From contig CAXHJY010001550.1 of the NCBI GenBank assembly GCA_964016885.1, positions 1 to 51,628 on the forward strand: a DNA stretch of 51,628 nucleotides, read 5' to 3'. This stretch comes from Eledone cirrhosa (taxonomy: Eukaryota). The notes under the pieces were generated by a model that saw nothing but the letters and a program-made list of their open reading frames with translations, was not told the origin of the DNA and ran no database searches. A program made the position numbers and the translations under genes. Shown in pieces: positions 1-16,390 of the stretch. Position 1 is the first letter of the stretch. Each line of letters opens with the position of its first letter.

Positions 1-226
1 TCTTGAAGGCGATGCCAACATCATTTGGGCAGTGATGATGGAACATTTTCCACATCATGCAGATAATATAACGCTCACGGCGACGTTGGAGTGAGTAGAG
101 TTTCAGGTTTTCTAATCGACCCCAGTAGTCAAGGTCTGACATGCCATCTATCTTTTTCGTGATTGCCCTTTGAGGAGCTTCAAGTTTAATGATACTTTGT
201 TTCGTGTGGGGATTAATATATTAATA

Positions 227-2228
<2,002 letters not shown>

Positions 2229-2232
<4 letters not shown>

Positions 2233-2417
2233 TGTTATACTTTGGGAGGGTCATGTTGCCAATAAGAAACACACGCACCAGTTGCGTTCACTTCAATTTA
2301 TTATATATTTATAAATTTACAAATCTACAAACTTTTAAATTTCAATAAATTGAAGTGAAAGCATCTGGTGCGTGTGTTTCTTATTGGCAACATGACCCTC
2401 ACAAAGTATAACAATAT
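2229..2417. repeat. Fold-back inverted repeat, ~74-bp arms (2229-2302 / 2344-2417), 41-nt spacer
   Basis: attgttatactttgggagggtcatgttgccaataagaaacacacgcaccag... is the near-exact reverse complement of ...ctggtgcgtgtgtttcttattggcaacatgaccctcacaaagtataacaat. Confidence 0.93.
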
Positions 2418-2469
2418 CGGTTTCAACACACGATTTCAGATAAAGAATCTTGCTAAACAAATTCCGAAA

Positions 2470-5092
<2,623 letters not shown>

Positions 5093-5223
5093 ATAATGGA
5101 ATGACAGGAGGCTGGATTTGTGTAAATCCTTGAAAGGTTTATTATACTCTATATTATTGCAGATCATAGTATAATAAACCTTTCAAGGATTTACACAAAT
5201 CCAGCCTCTTGTCATTTCATTAT
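5093..5223. repeat. Fold-back inverted repeat, ~56-bp arms (5093-5148 / 5168-5223), 19-nt spacer
   Basis: gaggctggatttgtgtaaatccttgaaaggtttattatact versus agtataataaacctttcaaggatttacacaaatccagcctc. Confidence 0.93.
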
Positions 5224-5225
5224 AA

Positions 5226-5408
5226 TGGATTGGCAGTATCAGTAGAGAGTCGGACGCCATGCTTTCCAGCATAGTTACGTCCCTTTACGGCCTGAGTTCA
5301 AATCCCGCTGAGGTTAACTTTGCCTTTCATCCTTACGGGGTCGATAAAATAAAGTACCGGTAATGTACTGGGTAATTGATGGCCTTGTGCCAAAAGTAGA
5401 AACAATTA
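5226..5408 (+). mobile_element. tRNA-derived SINE with Nin-like central domain
   Basis: A-box-like tggcagtatcag, B-box-like gagttcaaatcc, core gcctttcatccttacggggtcgataaaataaagtacc, 3' end ggccttgtgccaaaagtagaaacaatt; many copies in the window. Confidence 0.85.
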
Positions 5409-5555
5409 TAATATTTAACTCTGTAATAGCACCACCAACTACAAAAACAAAGACGGTTGAACTGCCTTACGTTGAGTACTCTCTATATTATTGCATTACG
5501 ATTGACCATACGGAATAGACCAGCTCTATACAGTGGTGAACTCAAACCTGAATAA

Positions 5556-6313
<758 letters not shown>

Positions 6314-6838
6314 TACATTTAAAGTATATGATAATCACGAAATGTGTTTACATTGCAACAGACAAAGTTAGCTATTAATGAAATAAACTAATAAAAGTGA
6401 ATACAATTTGTCTGTCTCGATACAAGTCAATAAAGACAAGCTTATATTGGCAACTGCCATGATTCCTGGACATATTTAAATTTCAAAATTCAAACCTGTT
6501 CTGTAGACGAATTTGAACCTCGAAACCCAAATAAGTTTCGCAGTGGTGGAATGTGAATTGAAAAATAAAGAGAATCGAAATGGAATAGAAATAAAAGAGT
6601 GAAATATCCAAATCATCTGTGCATATCAACAGGAATCCAATAAGATTAGTCTATCTCACATCAAAAATTTTGCAGGACTGACTACACGTGGGTAGGCAGG
6701 CCAAAACTAGCTATCCCACATTTATTATAATGCTCGGTGTGTTTGTAAACAAACATCCCGTATTAAGCCGGCCGATTAACCCACTCGATATGCAAATTGG
6801 GCTACTCAGCCGTTAATATGCATAAGGTAAGTATATAC

Positions 6839-6925
6839 GTTCAACAATCTGGCAGGAAGGTGTACGTTGCTGACGATAGCTAACAAGCTTGAAACTAGTG
6901 CAGCGTTCCATTGTCAGTGTTGAAC
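6839..6925 (+). ncRNA. Minimal type I hammerhead ribozyme motif with a non-canonical GUG cleavage triplet
   Basis: Stem I acgttg(6864-6869)/cagcgt(6901-6906); CTGACGA 6870-6876; stem II agct-aaca-agct; GAAA 6891-6894; palindromic stem III ACTAGT; position 17 = G6900; distal pairing gttcaaca/tgttgaac. Confidence 0.8.
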
Positions 6926-7270
6926 AAACGAGCAACGGTGGTTGCTAGACACTACGGCTTAATACGGGATGTTTGTTTACAAACACACCGATCATTATAA
7001 TAAATGTTCGGTGAATCCATACGTGCATATATATATGGGTGCATGTATGTATATATATATATATATATACATACATACTACTGTACGTCGGTATACATAT
7101 ATGTATGTACGTGTACATACTTATATTTAAGTAACAGCCGTACTAAGAGTGGGAAATGAAATATCGTTTCATTTTTTCCGTTTATCGTTTTCGGTGCACC
7201 CGGCCGATTAACCCACTCGATATGCAAATTGGGCTACTCAGCCGTTAATATGCATAAGGTAAGTATATAC

Positions 7271-7358
7271 GTTCAACAATCTGGCAGGAAGGTATAAGTT
7301 GCTGACGATAGCTAACAAGCTTGAAACTAGTACAGCCTGAAACTTGTCAGTGTTGAAC
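7271..7358 (+). ncRNA. Minimal type I hammerhead ribozyme motif (GUA site at 7332)
   Basis: gttg/cagc stem I; CTGACGA 7302-7308; agct-aaca-agct stem II; GAAA 7323-7326; ACTAGT followed by A; distal gttcaaca/tgttgaac. Confidence 0.82.
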
Positions 7359-7517
7359 AAACGAGCAACGGTGGTTGCTAGACACTACGGCTTAATACGG
7401 GATGTTTGTTTACAAACACACCGAGCATTATAATAAATGTTCGGTGAATCCATACGTGCATATATATGTGTGCATGTATGTATATATATATATATACATA
7501 CTACTGTACGTCGGTAT

Positions 7518-8319
7518 ACATATATATATAACTATATATATATATATATATAACTATATATATATATATATATATAACTATATATATATATATATATATA
7601 TAACTATATATATATATATATATATAACTATATATATATATATATATATATAACTATATATATATATATATATATAACTATATATATATATATATATAAC
7701 TATATATATATATATATATAACTATATATATATATATATATATATAACTATATATAACTATATATATATATATATAACTATATATATATATATATATAAC
7801 TATATATATATATATATATATAACTATATATATATATATATATATAACTATATATATATATATATATATAACTATATATATATATATATATAACTATATA
7901 TATATATATATATATAACTATATATATATATATATATAACTATAACTATATATATAACTATAACTATATATATAACTATAACTATATATATATATATAAC
8001 TATAACTATATATATATATATATATAACTATATATATATATATATAACTATATATATATATATAACTATATATATATATAACTATATATATATATATATA
8101 ACTCTATATATATATATATAACTATATATATATATATATATAACTATATATATATATATATAACTATATATATATATATATAACTATATATATATATATA
8201 TAACTATATATATATATATATAACTATATATATATATATATAACTATATATATATATATATAACTATATATATATATATATAACTATATATATATATATA
8301 TAGTTATATATATATATAT
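7518..8319. repeat. (TA)n array punctuated by AAC (taacta units), left flank of the LINE
   Basis: Direct inspection; the same array resumes at 12605. Confidence 0.95.
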
Positions 8320-8881
8320 GATGACCCTAGTTCGTCGTCAGACGAGGAGGAGCACTTCCACACAATCAAAAGAAAAAAAAGAAAACACACCTCAGACACA
8401 CAAATGAAAAAAAACCCTCCCCAAAACATAACACTGACACCAACACAAAAGAGCTCATAACAACAGCAAACAAAAAACACCACACAAAAACAAAAACATG
8501 CATACACATACATAAATACAAGAAACAAAAAAACTGTTAAACATTGTGTACAACAACAATCTAATAAAAACACAAGGGCCTAACTTCACCCAGGCAGGGG
8601 ATTTCCCCCACCTCAAAATGATTAAGGCCCCACAGGACACCTATAAAACTTTAAAAAACAATTTTAAAGAGGACGTGGGTCCCCCCTGCGTCGGGCCCAT
8701 TAACCGCGTCCTCCTAAAAAACTATCCCACCCCCTCCCCAAACACCCTCACAACTCCAAGCTCCCCAACCACACAACACACTGATGCCCCCACACTTCCA
8801 CAAACCACCACCCCACCCAACAACCCATCCCCCACCCTAATGGAAATTGTGCAGCCCGATACCCGGGACGCAGAGAGGTAA
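8320..8881 (+). pseudogene. C-terminal remnant of LINE ORF1, disrupted
   Basis: Acidic/basic (DDPSSSSDEEE..KRKKRK) and Pro/Thr-rich frames with stops and frameshifts, ending at TAA 8879-8881 just before ORF2. Confidence 0.6.
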
Positions 8882-8905
8882 GTGCCTTTTCTCTTCACCA
8901 CCAAC

Positions 8906-11900
8906 ATGGCTATGCTAAGAGTAGGCTGTTTAAATGCGCGTGGCCTGGGCTCAACTTGGAAGCAAGCAATGCTTCTAAATGACCTCAGGTCACAACGTAT
9001 AGATGTGATGGTTATTTGCGAGGCCCGGATCAGCAACGTGCGACAGCTGGCCCCCACCTTTGATGACTTTGAGATGCACGCATCTCTCTGTCAGCCCGGA
9101 GGTGGGGGTGGAGTTGTCGTTCTGCTGCAAAAACATCTGGGTCTCGCAACACAGATGGTACATTTGGACCCGGAGGGTCGACTAGTGGTTCTGGACCTTG
9201 GCAGTGGTAAAGGCGGAGCGTTTAGGTTGGTAGCCGCCTACGGCCCTTTCGGGTCAATGCGGCCGGACTTCTTCCATCGTCTGGAGACTTTTCTGGGGAC
9301 GTCCCGCTCCTTGCTATTAGTGGGGGACTGGAATGGTATCCTAGATGCACGCTGGGACTACGTAGGGGCCTGCCCCGATAGAGAGGGGTGTAATAGCCTC
9401 AAAGGGTTAATCGGTCGATTTGACCTGGCCGATAGATATCGACTAGATTTTCCGACTGCGCCAACCTGGACTTGGGCAAATCGTAGCGGATCATCTAGGT
9501 CGTACCTAGATAGGTTCTTAGTTAGAATTAAGGATAAGGACTTTTTAAGTTGTCCAAAAATGCGCATTGTTGGCTATTCAGACCACAAATTAGTGACCTG
9601 CATGGTCAACCTTGACAGAACTCATAGACAGGGCCCCGGTTACTGGAAGCTCAACTTGTCCTTGCCGGCAAGTAGAGCCTACAGGAATCGGATTAGTACG
9701 TTAGTTAAGGAACGGTTGACTGGAGCGATCGTCAACAGCAGGTGGTGGGTATCTCTAAAGAGAGAGATTAGAGTAGTCTCGATTGAATTTAGTAAGGTTC
9801 TAGCTGCGGATAGGAATAGGAAGGAAAGGGAGCTAATAGATAGAGTAGAAGAGGCAATTAGAAGCGGCGACGTGGCCAGAGTGCTAGCGTCGAGAACGGC
9901 TTTGAGCCAGTTTTTCGACGCGAAGCACGAAGGCTGCGTTGTCCGAAGTAAAATACGTGCTCTAGGGAACGAGGGGGCCAAAGCTGTTAGCTGGGCCCGC
10001 GTGACAGAGGCCAACAGTGGAACTAAATCCACCATCCGGTCTTTGCGAGACCTGGATGGACGGGCGATTCTTGAGCCTAAGCAGATGTGTGAGGCCTTTC
10101 AAAGGCACTTTGCCCGACTGTTCGGGAGGGGCGGGGAGCCGGTTGGGAACGTGGACTTCGGTCCATACCTCGACGGCCTGCCGCGCCTCTCGGACAGGGA
10201 GGCGAAGTCCTGCGAGGAGCCGATTTCGGCCGCTGAGATAGAGGACGTGCTGAGCCAATGCGGCAAACGCAAATCCCCGGGTCTCGATGGTCTTCCTTAC
10301 GAATTATATCTAGCTATGCCGGACTTGTTCCCCGATCTCCTCGAGGCGGTCTACTGCAACTGGCAACAGAACGGGAGAATTCCCTGTACTGTGACCAAGG
10401 GCGTAGTCACGCTAGTGAGGAAGGACGAGAACAAGGGGGACGAAATAAGTAACTTCAGGCCCATAACACTGCTAAATACAGAGTTACAGATTTTGGCCAA
10501 GGTGCTAGCAAAGAGGTTGGCGCTTGTCGTGGGCAACCTGGTGGGAGATGCGCAGACATGCGCTATCCCGTCCAGGTCCATCCATGACAACCTCCACCTC
10601 ATGCGATACATCATAGAGAGGGTTGGGAACGAACCCGGCTTTGGTGGGGCTCTGATCAACTTGGATCAATCTAAGGCGTTCGATAGGGTCGACCATGGTT
10701 ACCTGGATGCGGTGCTAGCGGCGGCAGGCTTCGGACCCGTTTTCAGGGGCTGGATCACTGCTATGCACAGCAGCCGCATCTGCTCTAGGGTCAAGGTGAA
10801 CGGCTACCTCTCGGAGCCGTTCAAAATCGCGCGGTCCATCCGACAAGGGTGCCCTCTCTCCTCCCTTCTGTATGTGTTGACTCTCGAGCCACTACTGCGG
10901 AAGTTGGAGTTGTTGCAGGGCATCCCTTTGGAACCGGGATTGCGGAAAGCGGTGTCGGCCTACGCCGATGACGTGACAGTAATGGTGTCGACGGCCTCCA
11001 AAATCGAGGCGGTCGGCACCTTACTGGAGGAGTACGAAAAGTTCACAGGGGCTAAGCTGAACCGGGACAAGTCGATCGGTTTGCAACTCGGCACGTGGAG
11101 GGGCAGACCGATGCCCTCCGATAGCGTCGTCGGACGCTGGACGGAGGGCCCGGTGAAGTTGCTCGGGGTCTGGTTCGGACCGGACCTCCAGGTGGAGAAA
11201 AACTGGGCGGAGGTTACGAACAGGGTGTTTGCACTGACCCAGAAGTGGGCCAGTTGCAAACTATCCGTGAAAGGTCGGGCGGAGGTGGCGAACACCTACA
11301 TAGCGTCCGTCATCTACTACCGCCTGACCGTAGTGCCCTGCCCAAGGGAAACCCTCACCAAGATGGAGCGCGCGCTCTTCCAATTCCTTTGGAAGAGGCG
11401 GGCTCCTATGGTGAGGAGATCCATCTGCTGTCAACACCCTTCGAAAGGAGGGCTGGGGATGCCGTGGCTAATGATGCGTAAACACGCATTAAGGCTACGG
11501 CACCTCTACGTATTCCTCACCGGACAACCGGTGTGGGCCTCGTTTGTGAGACGAACCTTTCCCAGACTCGTCTCACTCACCGAGCTGCAATCCTGGGTCA
11601 AGCAAAGACCGAGAAAACTGGGCGCCTGGCACACTGAGTGTGCCCAGGCGCTCACCGCCCTCTGGCAGGCGGATCCGGTTATCAGTGGAGACTCCACCGC
11701 AACATTCTATAGAGGGCTGGTACGCAGCAGGTGCGACGACGCCCTCGGAGAAGCCCTAGACATGGAGGAGGACGAACTGGCCAGCCTGTTCGGTAGGACA
11801 TTCAGCCCGGGACCTATGGACAACTTCCAGAAGTCCCTGGCCTGGCAGTGCTACCGAGGGGCTTTACCCGTTCGAGAAAGGCTCTACAGACACGGGCGCC

Positions 11901-12343
11901 CGGGTAGGGACCCCGCCAAAAAGATCTGTCCCAGATGCGTGTGCGACGAGGAAACCGTTGCACACGCATTAGTACACTGCTCGGGCGTAGCCGATCTGTG
12001 GGGCTATGTCGAACAACTGCTGTCAAGGGTGGGACCGATCCGGTTGACCACCGAGTCTATTGTAATGATCAAGCCGCCTCCCCCCTTCAAAGATGAAGCA
12101 GAGGCGGTGTTTCTGTGCGTAATAGCCATGGCGAAAGAGGTTGTATGGTGGACGCGTCTGAAAGGACTGAGGTCGGGCACCTTTCTCTCTGGCCAACAAC
12201 TGGTCCGTTTCTTCCGATATCATTTCGGAAGAAGGATCAGAATGGAGAGAGAGGTGCTGCACCCCAGCCGTTTCTATGAAAGATGGGTGAAAGTGGCGAG
12301 AATGGCCCGTGTGAATGGGCCTTCACTCTACATCAGACTATAG
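8906..12343 (+). CDS. LINE ORF2 polyprotein: apurinic-like endonuclease, reverse transcriptase and C-terminal Cys/His zinc-binding region (1145 aa)
   Basis: APE motifs CLNARGL, ICE, VGDWN, YLDRF, SDH; GYWKLN linker; RT motifs KSPGLDG, FRPITLLN, LDQSKAFDRVDH, IRQGCPLS, YADD; CPRC..ETVAHALVHC. ATG 8906 (ccaacATGG) is preferred over the track's GTG start because the second copy has it too. Confidence 0.95.
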   Translation: MAMLRVGCLNARGLGSTWKQAMLLNDLRSQRIDVMVICEARISNVRQLAPTFDDFEMHASLCQPGGGGGVVVLLQKHLGLATQMVHLDPEGRLVVLDLGSGKGGAFRLVAAYGPFGSMRPDFFHRLETFLGTSRSLLLVGDWNGILDARWDYVGACPDREGCNSLKGLIGRFDLADRYRLDFPTAPTWTWANRSGSSRSYLDRFLVRIKDKDFLSCPKMRIVGYSDHKLVTCMVNLDRTHRQGPGYWKLNLSLPASRAYRNRISTLVKERLTGAIVNSRWWVSLKREIRVVSIEFSKVLAADRNRKERELIDRVEEAIRSGDVARVLASRTALSQFFDAKHEGCVVRSKIRALGNEGAKAVSWARVTEANSGTKSTIRSLRDLDGRAILEPKQMCEAFQRHFARLFGRGGEPVGNVDFGPYLDGLPRLSDREAKSCEEPISAAEIEDVLSQCGKRKSPGLDGLPYELYLAMPDLFPDLLEAVYCNWQQNGRIPCTVTKGVVTLVRKDENKGDEISNFRPITLLNTELQILAKVLAKRLALVVGNLVGDAQTCAIPSRSIHDNLHLMRYIIERVGNEPGFGGALINLDQSKAFDRVDHGYLDAVLAAAGFGPVFRGWITAMHSSRICSRVKVNGYLSEPFKIARSIRQGCPLSSLLYVLTLEPLLRKLELLQGIPLEPGLRKAVSAYADDVTVMVSTASKIEAVGTLLEEYEKFTGAKLNRDKSIGLQLGTWRGRPMPSDSVVGRWTEGPVKLLGVWFGPDLQVEKNWAEVTNRVFALTQKWASCKLSVKGRAEVANTYIASVIYYRLTVVPCPRETLTKMERALFQFLWKRRAPMVRRSICCQHPSKGGLGMPWLMMRKHALRLRHLYVFLTGQPVWASFVRRTFPRLVSLTELQSWVKQRPRKLGAWHTECAQALTALWQADPVISGDSTATFYRGLVRSRCDDALGEALDMEEDELASLFGRTFSPGPMDNFQKSLAWQCYRGALPVRERLYRHGRPGRDPAKKICPRCVCDEETVAHALVHCSGVADLWGYVEQLLSRVGPIRLTTESIVMIKPPPPFKDEAEAVFLCVIAMAKEVVWWTRLKGLRSGTFLSGQQLVRFFRYHFGRRIRMEREVLHPSRFYERWVKVARMARVNGPSLYIRL

Positions 12344-12604
12344 GTGAGGAAGATGAAAGACCAAGGGAGCACCCCTTCTCTGTGCTCCTGAGGAGAAGGG
12401 TTGCACACTTTTTTCGGGGGTGTGTGCGACCCCCCAAGGCGCCTCCTCTCTATTGAGGATTTTGTTAAAAATTTTATTTTTTGTTATATCTTATTTTATT
12501 TTTATATTTTGTTATTGCCTCCTCCTTATTGAGGACGCCTTTTTGTGTAAACTCCCCCCTTTGTACTTGTCCCACTTTTGATGCCCTAGTGGCAAATAAA
12601 AGAA

Positions 12605-12859
12605 ATATATATATATATATATATATATAACTATATATATATATATATAACTATATATATATATATATAACTATATATATATATATATATAACTATATAT
12701 ATATATAACTATATATATATATAACTATATATATATATATATAACTATATATAACTATATAACTATATATATATATATATATAACTATATATATATATAA
12801 CTATATATATATATATATAACTATATATAACTATATAACTATACATATATATAACTATA

Positions 12860-12891
<32 letters not shown>

Positions 12892-13178
12892 ACTATACAT
12901 ATATATATATATAACTATACATATATATATAACTATACATATATATATAACTATACATATATATAACTATATATATATAACTATACATATATATATATAA
13001 CTATATATATATATATATATAACTATACATATATATATATAACTATATATATATATATATATAACTATACATATATATATATATAACTATACATATATAT
13101 ATATAACTATATATACATATAACTATATATACATATATAAATATATATACATATATAAATATATATACATATATAAAT

Positions 13179-13209
<31 letters not shown>

Positions 13210-13284
13210 AATATATATATATATAAATATATATATATATAAATATATATATATATAAATATATATATATATAAATATATATAT

Positions 13285-13315
<31 letters not shown>

Positions 13316-13362
13316 CATATATAAATATATATATAAATATATATATATACATATATATACAT
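12605..13362. repeat. (TA)n array with taacta/taaata units, right flank of the LINE
   Basis: Direct inspection. Confidence 0.95.
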
Positions 13363-13417
13363 AAACTAATAAAAATAATGAATAAAAACAAAGAAACAGT
13401 TCCTTATATTAAAAAAT

Positions 13418-13555
13418 TCATCATTTTACGATCTTTTCTAAGATATATATGTTTGTGTTGGTATGTATATCATATAGATCTATGTAAAATTTTTACAAAC
13501 TATCAGAAGGAATATACATACCTACACATATATATGCTGTCTTCAGAAATAATGA
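13418..13555 (-). ncRNA. Type I hammerhead ribozyme motif with ~100-nt stem II
   Basis: Minus strand: tcattattt-CTGAAGA-[atatatatgtgtaggtatgtatat...atatacataccaacacaaacatatatat]-GAAA-AGATCG-TA-aaatgatga; 9-bp stem I; stem III is one change from the palindrome ACGATCGT. Confidence 0.72.
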
Positions 13556-14283
13556 TATTTGCTTATTGAAAAAAACCAACAAAGATTTAATATAAAAGGT
13601 CTGTTTGGGAACAGGTTTTGAATTGACCAATATAAAGGTAGTAATTGGTCAAGATGGTAGAATAGTAGTAATAGAACTTTAATCTAGAGGTAGAGGAAAG
13701 CAGATTTCAGTTTTGAATGGAAAGAGTATGATGAATGAAAAGATTCTTTTAGGGATGAAAATAGGTCAAATCGGTAAACGGTACACGAAGAATTGATGTT
13801 ATAAAAGAATAATGCTAATGTAAATATCTAAGGAGAATAAATTTTACGATAAATGTGTTAGTGAAAAGTATCAATCTTATTTAAAGTATAGGGAATTTAC
13901 ATCTATAAAAAGAAAATAAATTAATTAAATTGATAGGTATATTTATATTGATAAATTTATATTAATTCATATAGATATGATAAATAAGAGTTAAATGTAA
14001 TTGAAGAGTGCTGTTAAAAACGAAGGGAAAATAAAAAAATAATAATAATAATTATTGGGGGGTAAATTTATTAGTGAGAAATAACAATTTTATATAGATT
14101 ATAAGGAACATAGAATCATAACCTGAAATTAAAATAGTTTATATGCATACTTATTGGTATAAATTTTAGGAAAAGATAGCTGCAAAAGGGAAATAAAATT
14201 ATGTAGTTCATTAGTAGTAGAATATTAATTATAGGTTAACTAATTTAAAAAAATGTTTATTATAATAATTTCTAAAGTGTATA

Positions 14284-16390
14284 TTAATTAGGTTTATAAT
14301 ATTTAAAAGTTCTTCTCAGTTTATGATTACATGATATAATTAATTCCTGTCGTTTATTTAATAGGATATCCTTAGATTTCATTATTTCAAAAAGTTCCTG
14401 GGAACATAATCTACATTCATATCTATTATTTTGATAAAGGGTGGCCCTTTTGAGCACACTCCAGGTCAGGTTATAATCTATATTCCTCTTTCTATAATTA
14501 TTAATTATTTCAGCTAAAGATGTTGTATTAGCTATTGCGGCATTTTTAAAACTGTGTTTGTGGGTATTAAATATTACTTTAAATTGGTTAGAAGTAGCTC
14601 CTATATATGAATAAGTTGAGTCGTTAGTGTTAACTTTACATTTATATATTATGTTATTAATAAGGCAATTTCCTTTTAATGGGCAATTTGCTTTGTTTCT
14701 ACAGTTACAACCTTTTGTGAATGCTGTATCAGAGGAGATAGTCAAATTAGGTGTGGAATTTTTACGACTTGTTGTATGTGAATGAGATGGTGGTTTGCTG
14801 TGGTTTATTTTAGTATTATGGTTAGTTTGATGTATTGGTGGTATATTCATGTTTTTTTTACATTTATATGCATTATAGGCACTTATATTTTGTTGTATAT
14901 TTTTGGTTGTTGAGTAGGAGAATTTAACCGTTGATCTATTTAAAATTTGATGGTATTTGTGGTTTGGCGGGAAGTTTTTCTCTAGAATAGCAAAAACATT
15001 TTTAGGTATATTATCTTTAATTTGTAGATTAAATGGAGCATTATACCAAGTAACTCGTCCATTACGGTTTCGATGTTGTTTATTATTATTATAGGATGTA
15101 TCCTGATGTTTATTAAGAGAATTATTGTTAATGATTTTATTACACATATTTTTAGTTAGATTCATTGATTTAGGTGTTTGAGCCTGTTTATTGGGAATTT
15201 TATTATTAACATATATTTGAGTATTAGGATGAATAGTTTTTTGAAAGTTACTATATTGTATATTAGAAGAATTAGAGAAATTAAGTTTTATGTTGGTATT
15301 TTGGGGTATAGTGTGAGTGGCATTTAGGTGTGTATATTTCATTTGGTAATATTGGGTTGTATGTTTGTAGTGTTATTGGTACAAGGTATATATACTAATT
15401 TGTTTTTGTGGCCACTTCTAGCTAAAGCTTCGTTATAAAAGGTCGCAGTTTTATCAAATACATCATGGTTAGACGAAAGGTTAGAAATTCTGAGTGAGAT
15501 ATTATATGCTAGGTTTTTAAGGATAGATTTAGGGTGATTAGATTGTGAGTGTATGTAATGTAAGTTTTGGTTAGATTTATGGTAAGGTTGGTAGATACCC
15601 GTAGATAAGTCTAATGTTATATCAAGGAAATTAACTACTTTACTTGTGTTTTCAAATGTAATATCTAGACTATAATAGTCTTTGAGGAAAGTTCTAAGTT
15701 TTTTATTTTTTTCAATTTCTGAAAGGCTAAGGTTATTGGAAAGAAGAAGACAGTCGTCACGATATAAACCACCTTTAAGGTGGGGAAAAGAAGCATTTAT
15801 GTTAAAAAGAAGAAAGAGGCCCACAAGATCAGTAATTTGGGCAGAATCACTTGAGCCCATAGTAATATCGAATAGATTATAATATGTGTTTCTGGTCCAG
15901 TATTCTTTTTAAAATTCCAGTAGTGTTTGTCTAGCACGTGTGATAATATTAATGTCATCCATAGTTAAGTTTGATCTATTTTTGGCAAATATCAAGGCTT
16001 TGTTCAGGAGTATAGGTGATATAGAGGAATAATAATTATCTATATCGAATTGTAGAAATGAAGCAGAAGATTTATTTCTAATATTAGTAAACCAGTTAAT
16101 TACCTGGGATGTGTTTTCCCAGAGTGGCAAATTAACATGTTTTCTTAATTGTGGGATGACTCTATCTAAAATTTTTTTACTAATGATGCCAATATCAGAT
16201 TTGGAAGGGCATATAAGCCTTATAGAAGGATTAGAGTTAAAGTTAGATTTGTGATCTTTCAGGTTAAAATGTGGTTTTTTCAGTGCCAAGGGTTCAGTTC
16301 TATCTTCAATATTAAGTCTATTTACTATGTTGTGTGTTTTGTTGTTGATGTTCGTAAGTGCTGCATTGTTTGTATTTTTATAATTTTTTT
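14284..16390 (-). pseudogene. PLE RT/GIY-YIG polyprotein with one nonsense codon (TAA 15909-15911) and one frameshift (~15340)
   Basis: LKDHK..F...PSIRLI.P.KSDIG, QFDIDNYYSSI, FDITMGS.D.A, LYRDD, VNFLDITLDL, YIH..SNHP, WYNAPF, CNCR....CPL.GNC, IIY...YIGAT, CRLC..E, LLNKRQE....CNH. Confidence 0.9.

Larger units (their letters stand above)
6718..7520 (+). mobile_element. Non-coding hammerhead-bearing tandem element (retrozyme-like or PLE pLTR array): 432-nt period plus an inverted 53-bp cap
   Basis: cggccgattaacccactcg starts at 6769 and again at 7201; 6718-6770 is the reverse complement of 6955-7007 and 7388-7440; one hammerhead per unit. Confidence 0.8.
8320..12604 (+). mobile_element. L1-superfamily (Tx1-like) non-LTR retrotransposon, 5'-truncated within ORF1
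   Basis: Sharp GC shift; ORF1 remnant, intact ORF2, ~260-nt 3'UTR ending gccctagtggcaaataaaagaa; both ends abut the same TA array. Confidence 0.92.

Noticed and set aside
8882-8905. ORF-track start at GTG 8882 for ORF2
   Set aside because: ATG 8906 has Kozak-like context, matches the start of the APE domain and is conserved in the second copy
9358-12262. Antisense and alternate-frame ORFs within the LINE
   Set aside because: Shadow ORFs of a GC-rich coding sequence; no independent motifs
15339-15342. TGA in the PLE frame as a possible selenocysteine codon (reported for some Naiad PLEs)
   Set aside because: Read-through meets TAA after four more sense codons, the protein continues in another frame, the position is not a conserved Cys, and I saw no SECIS
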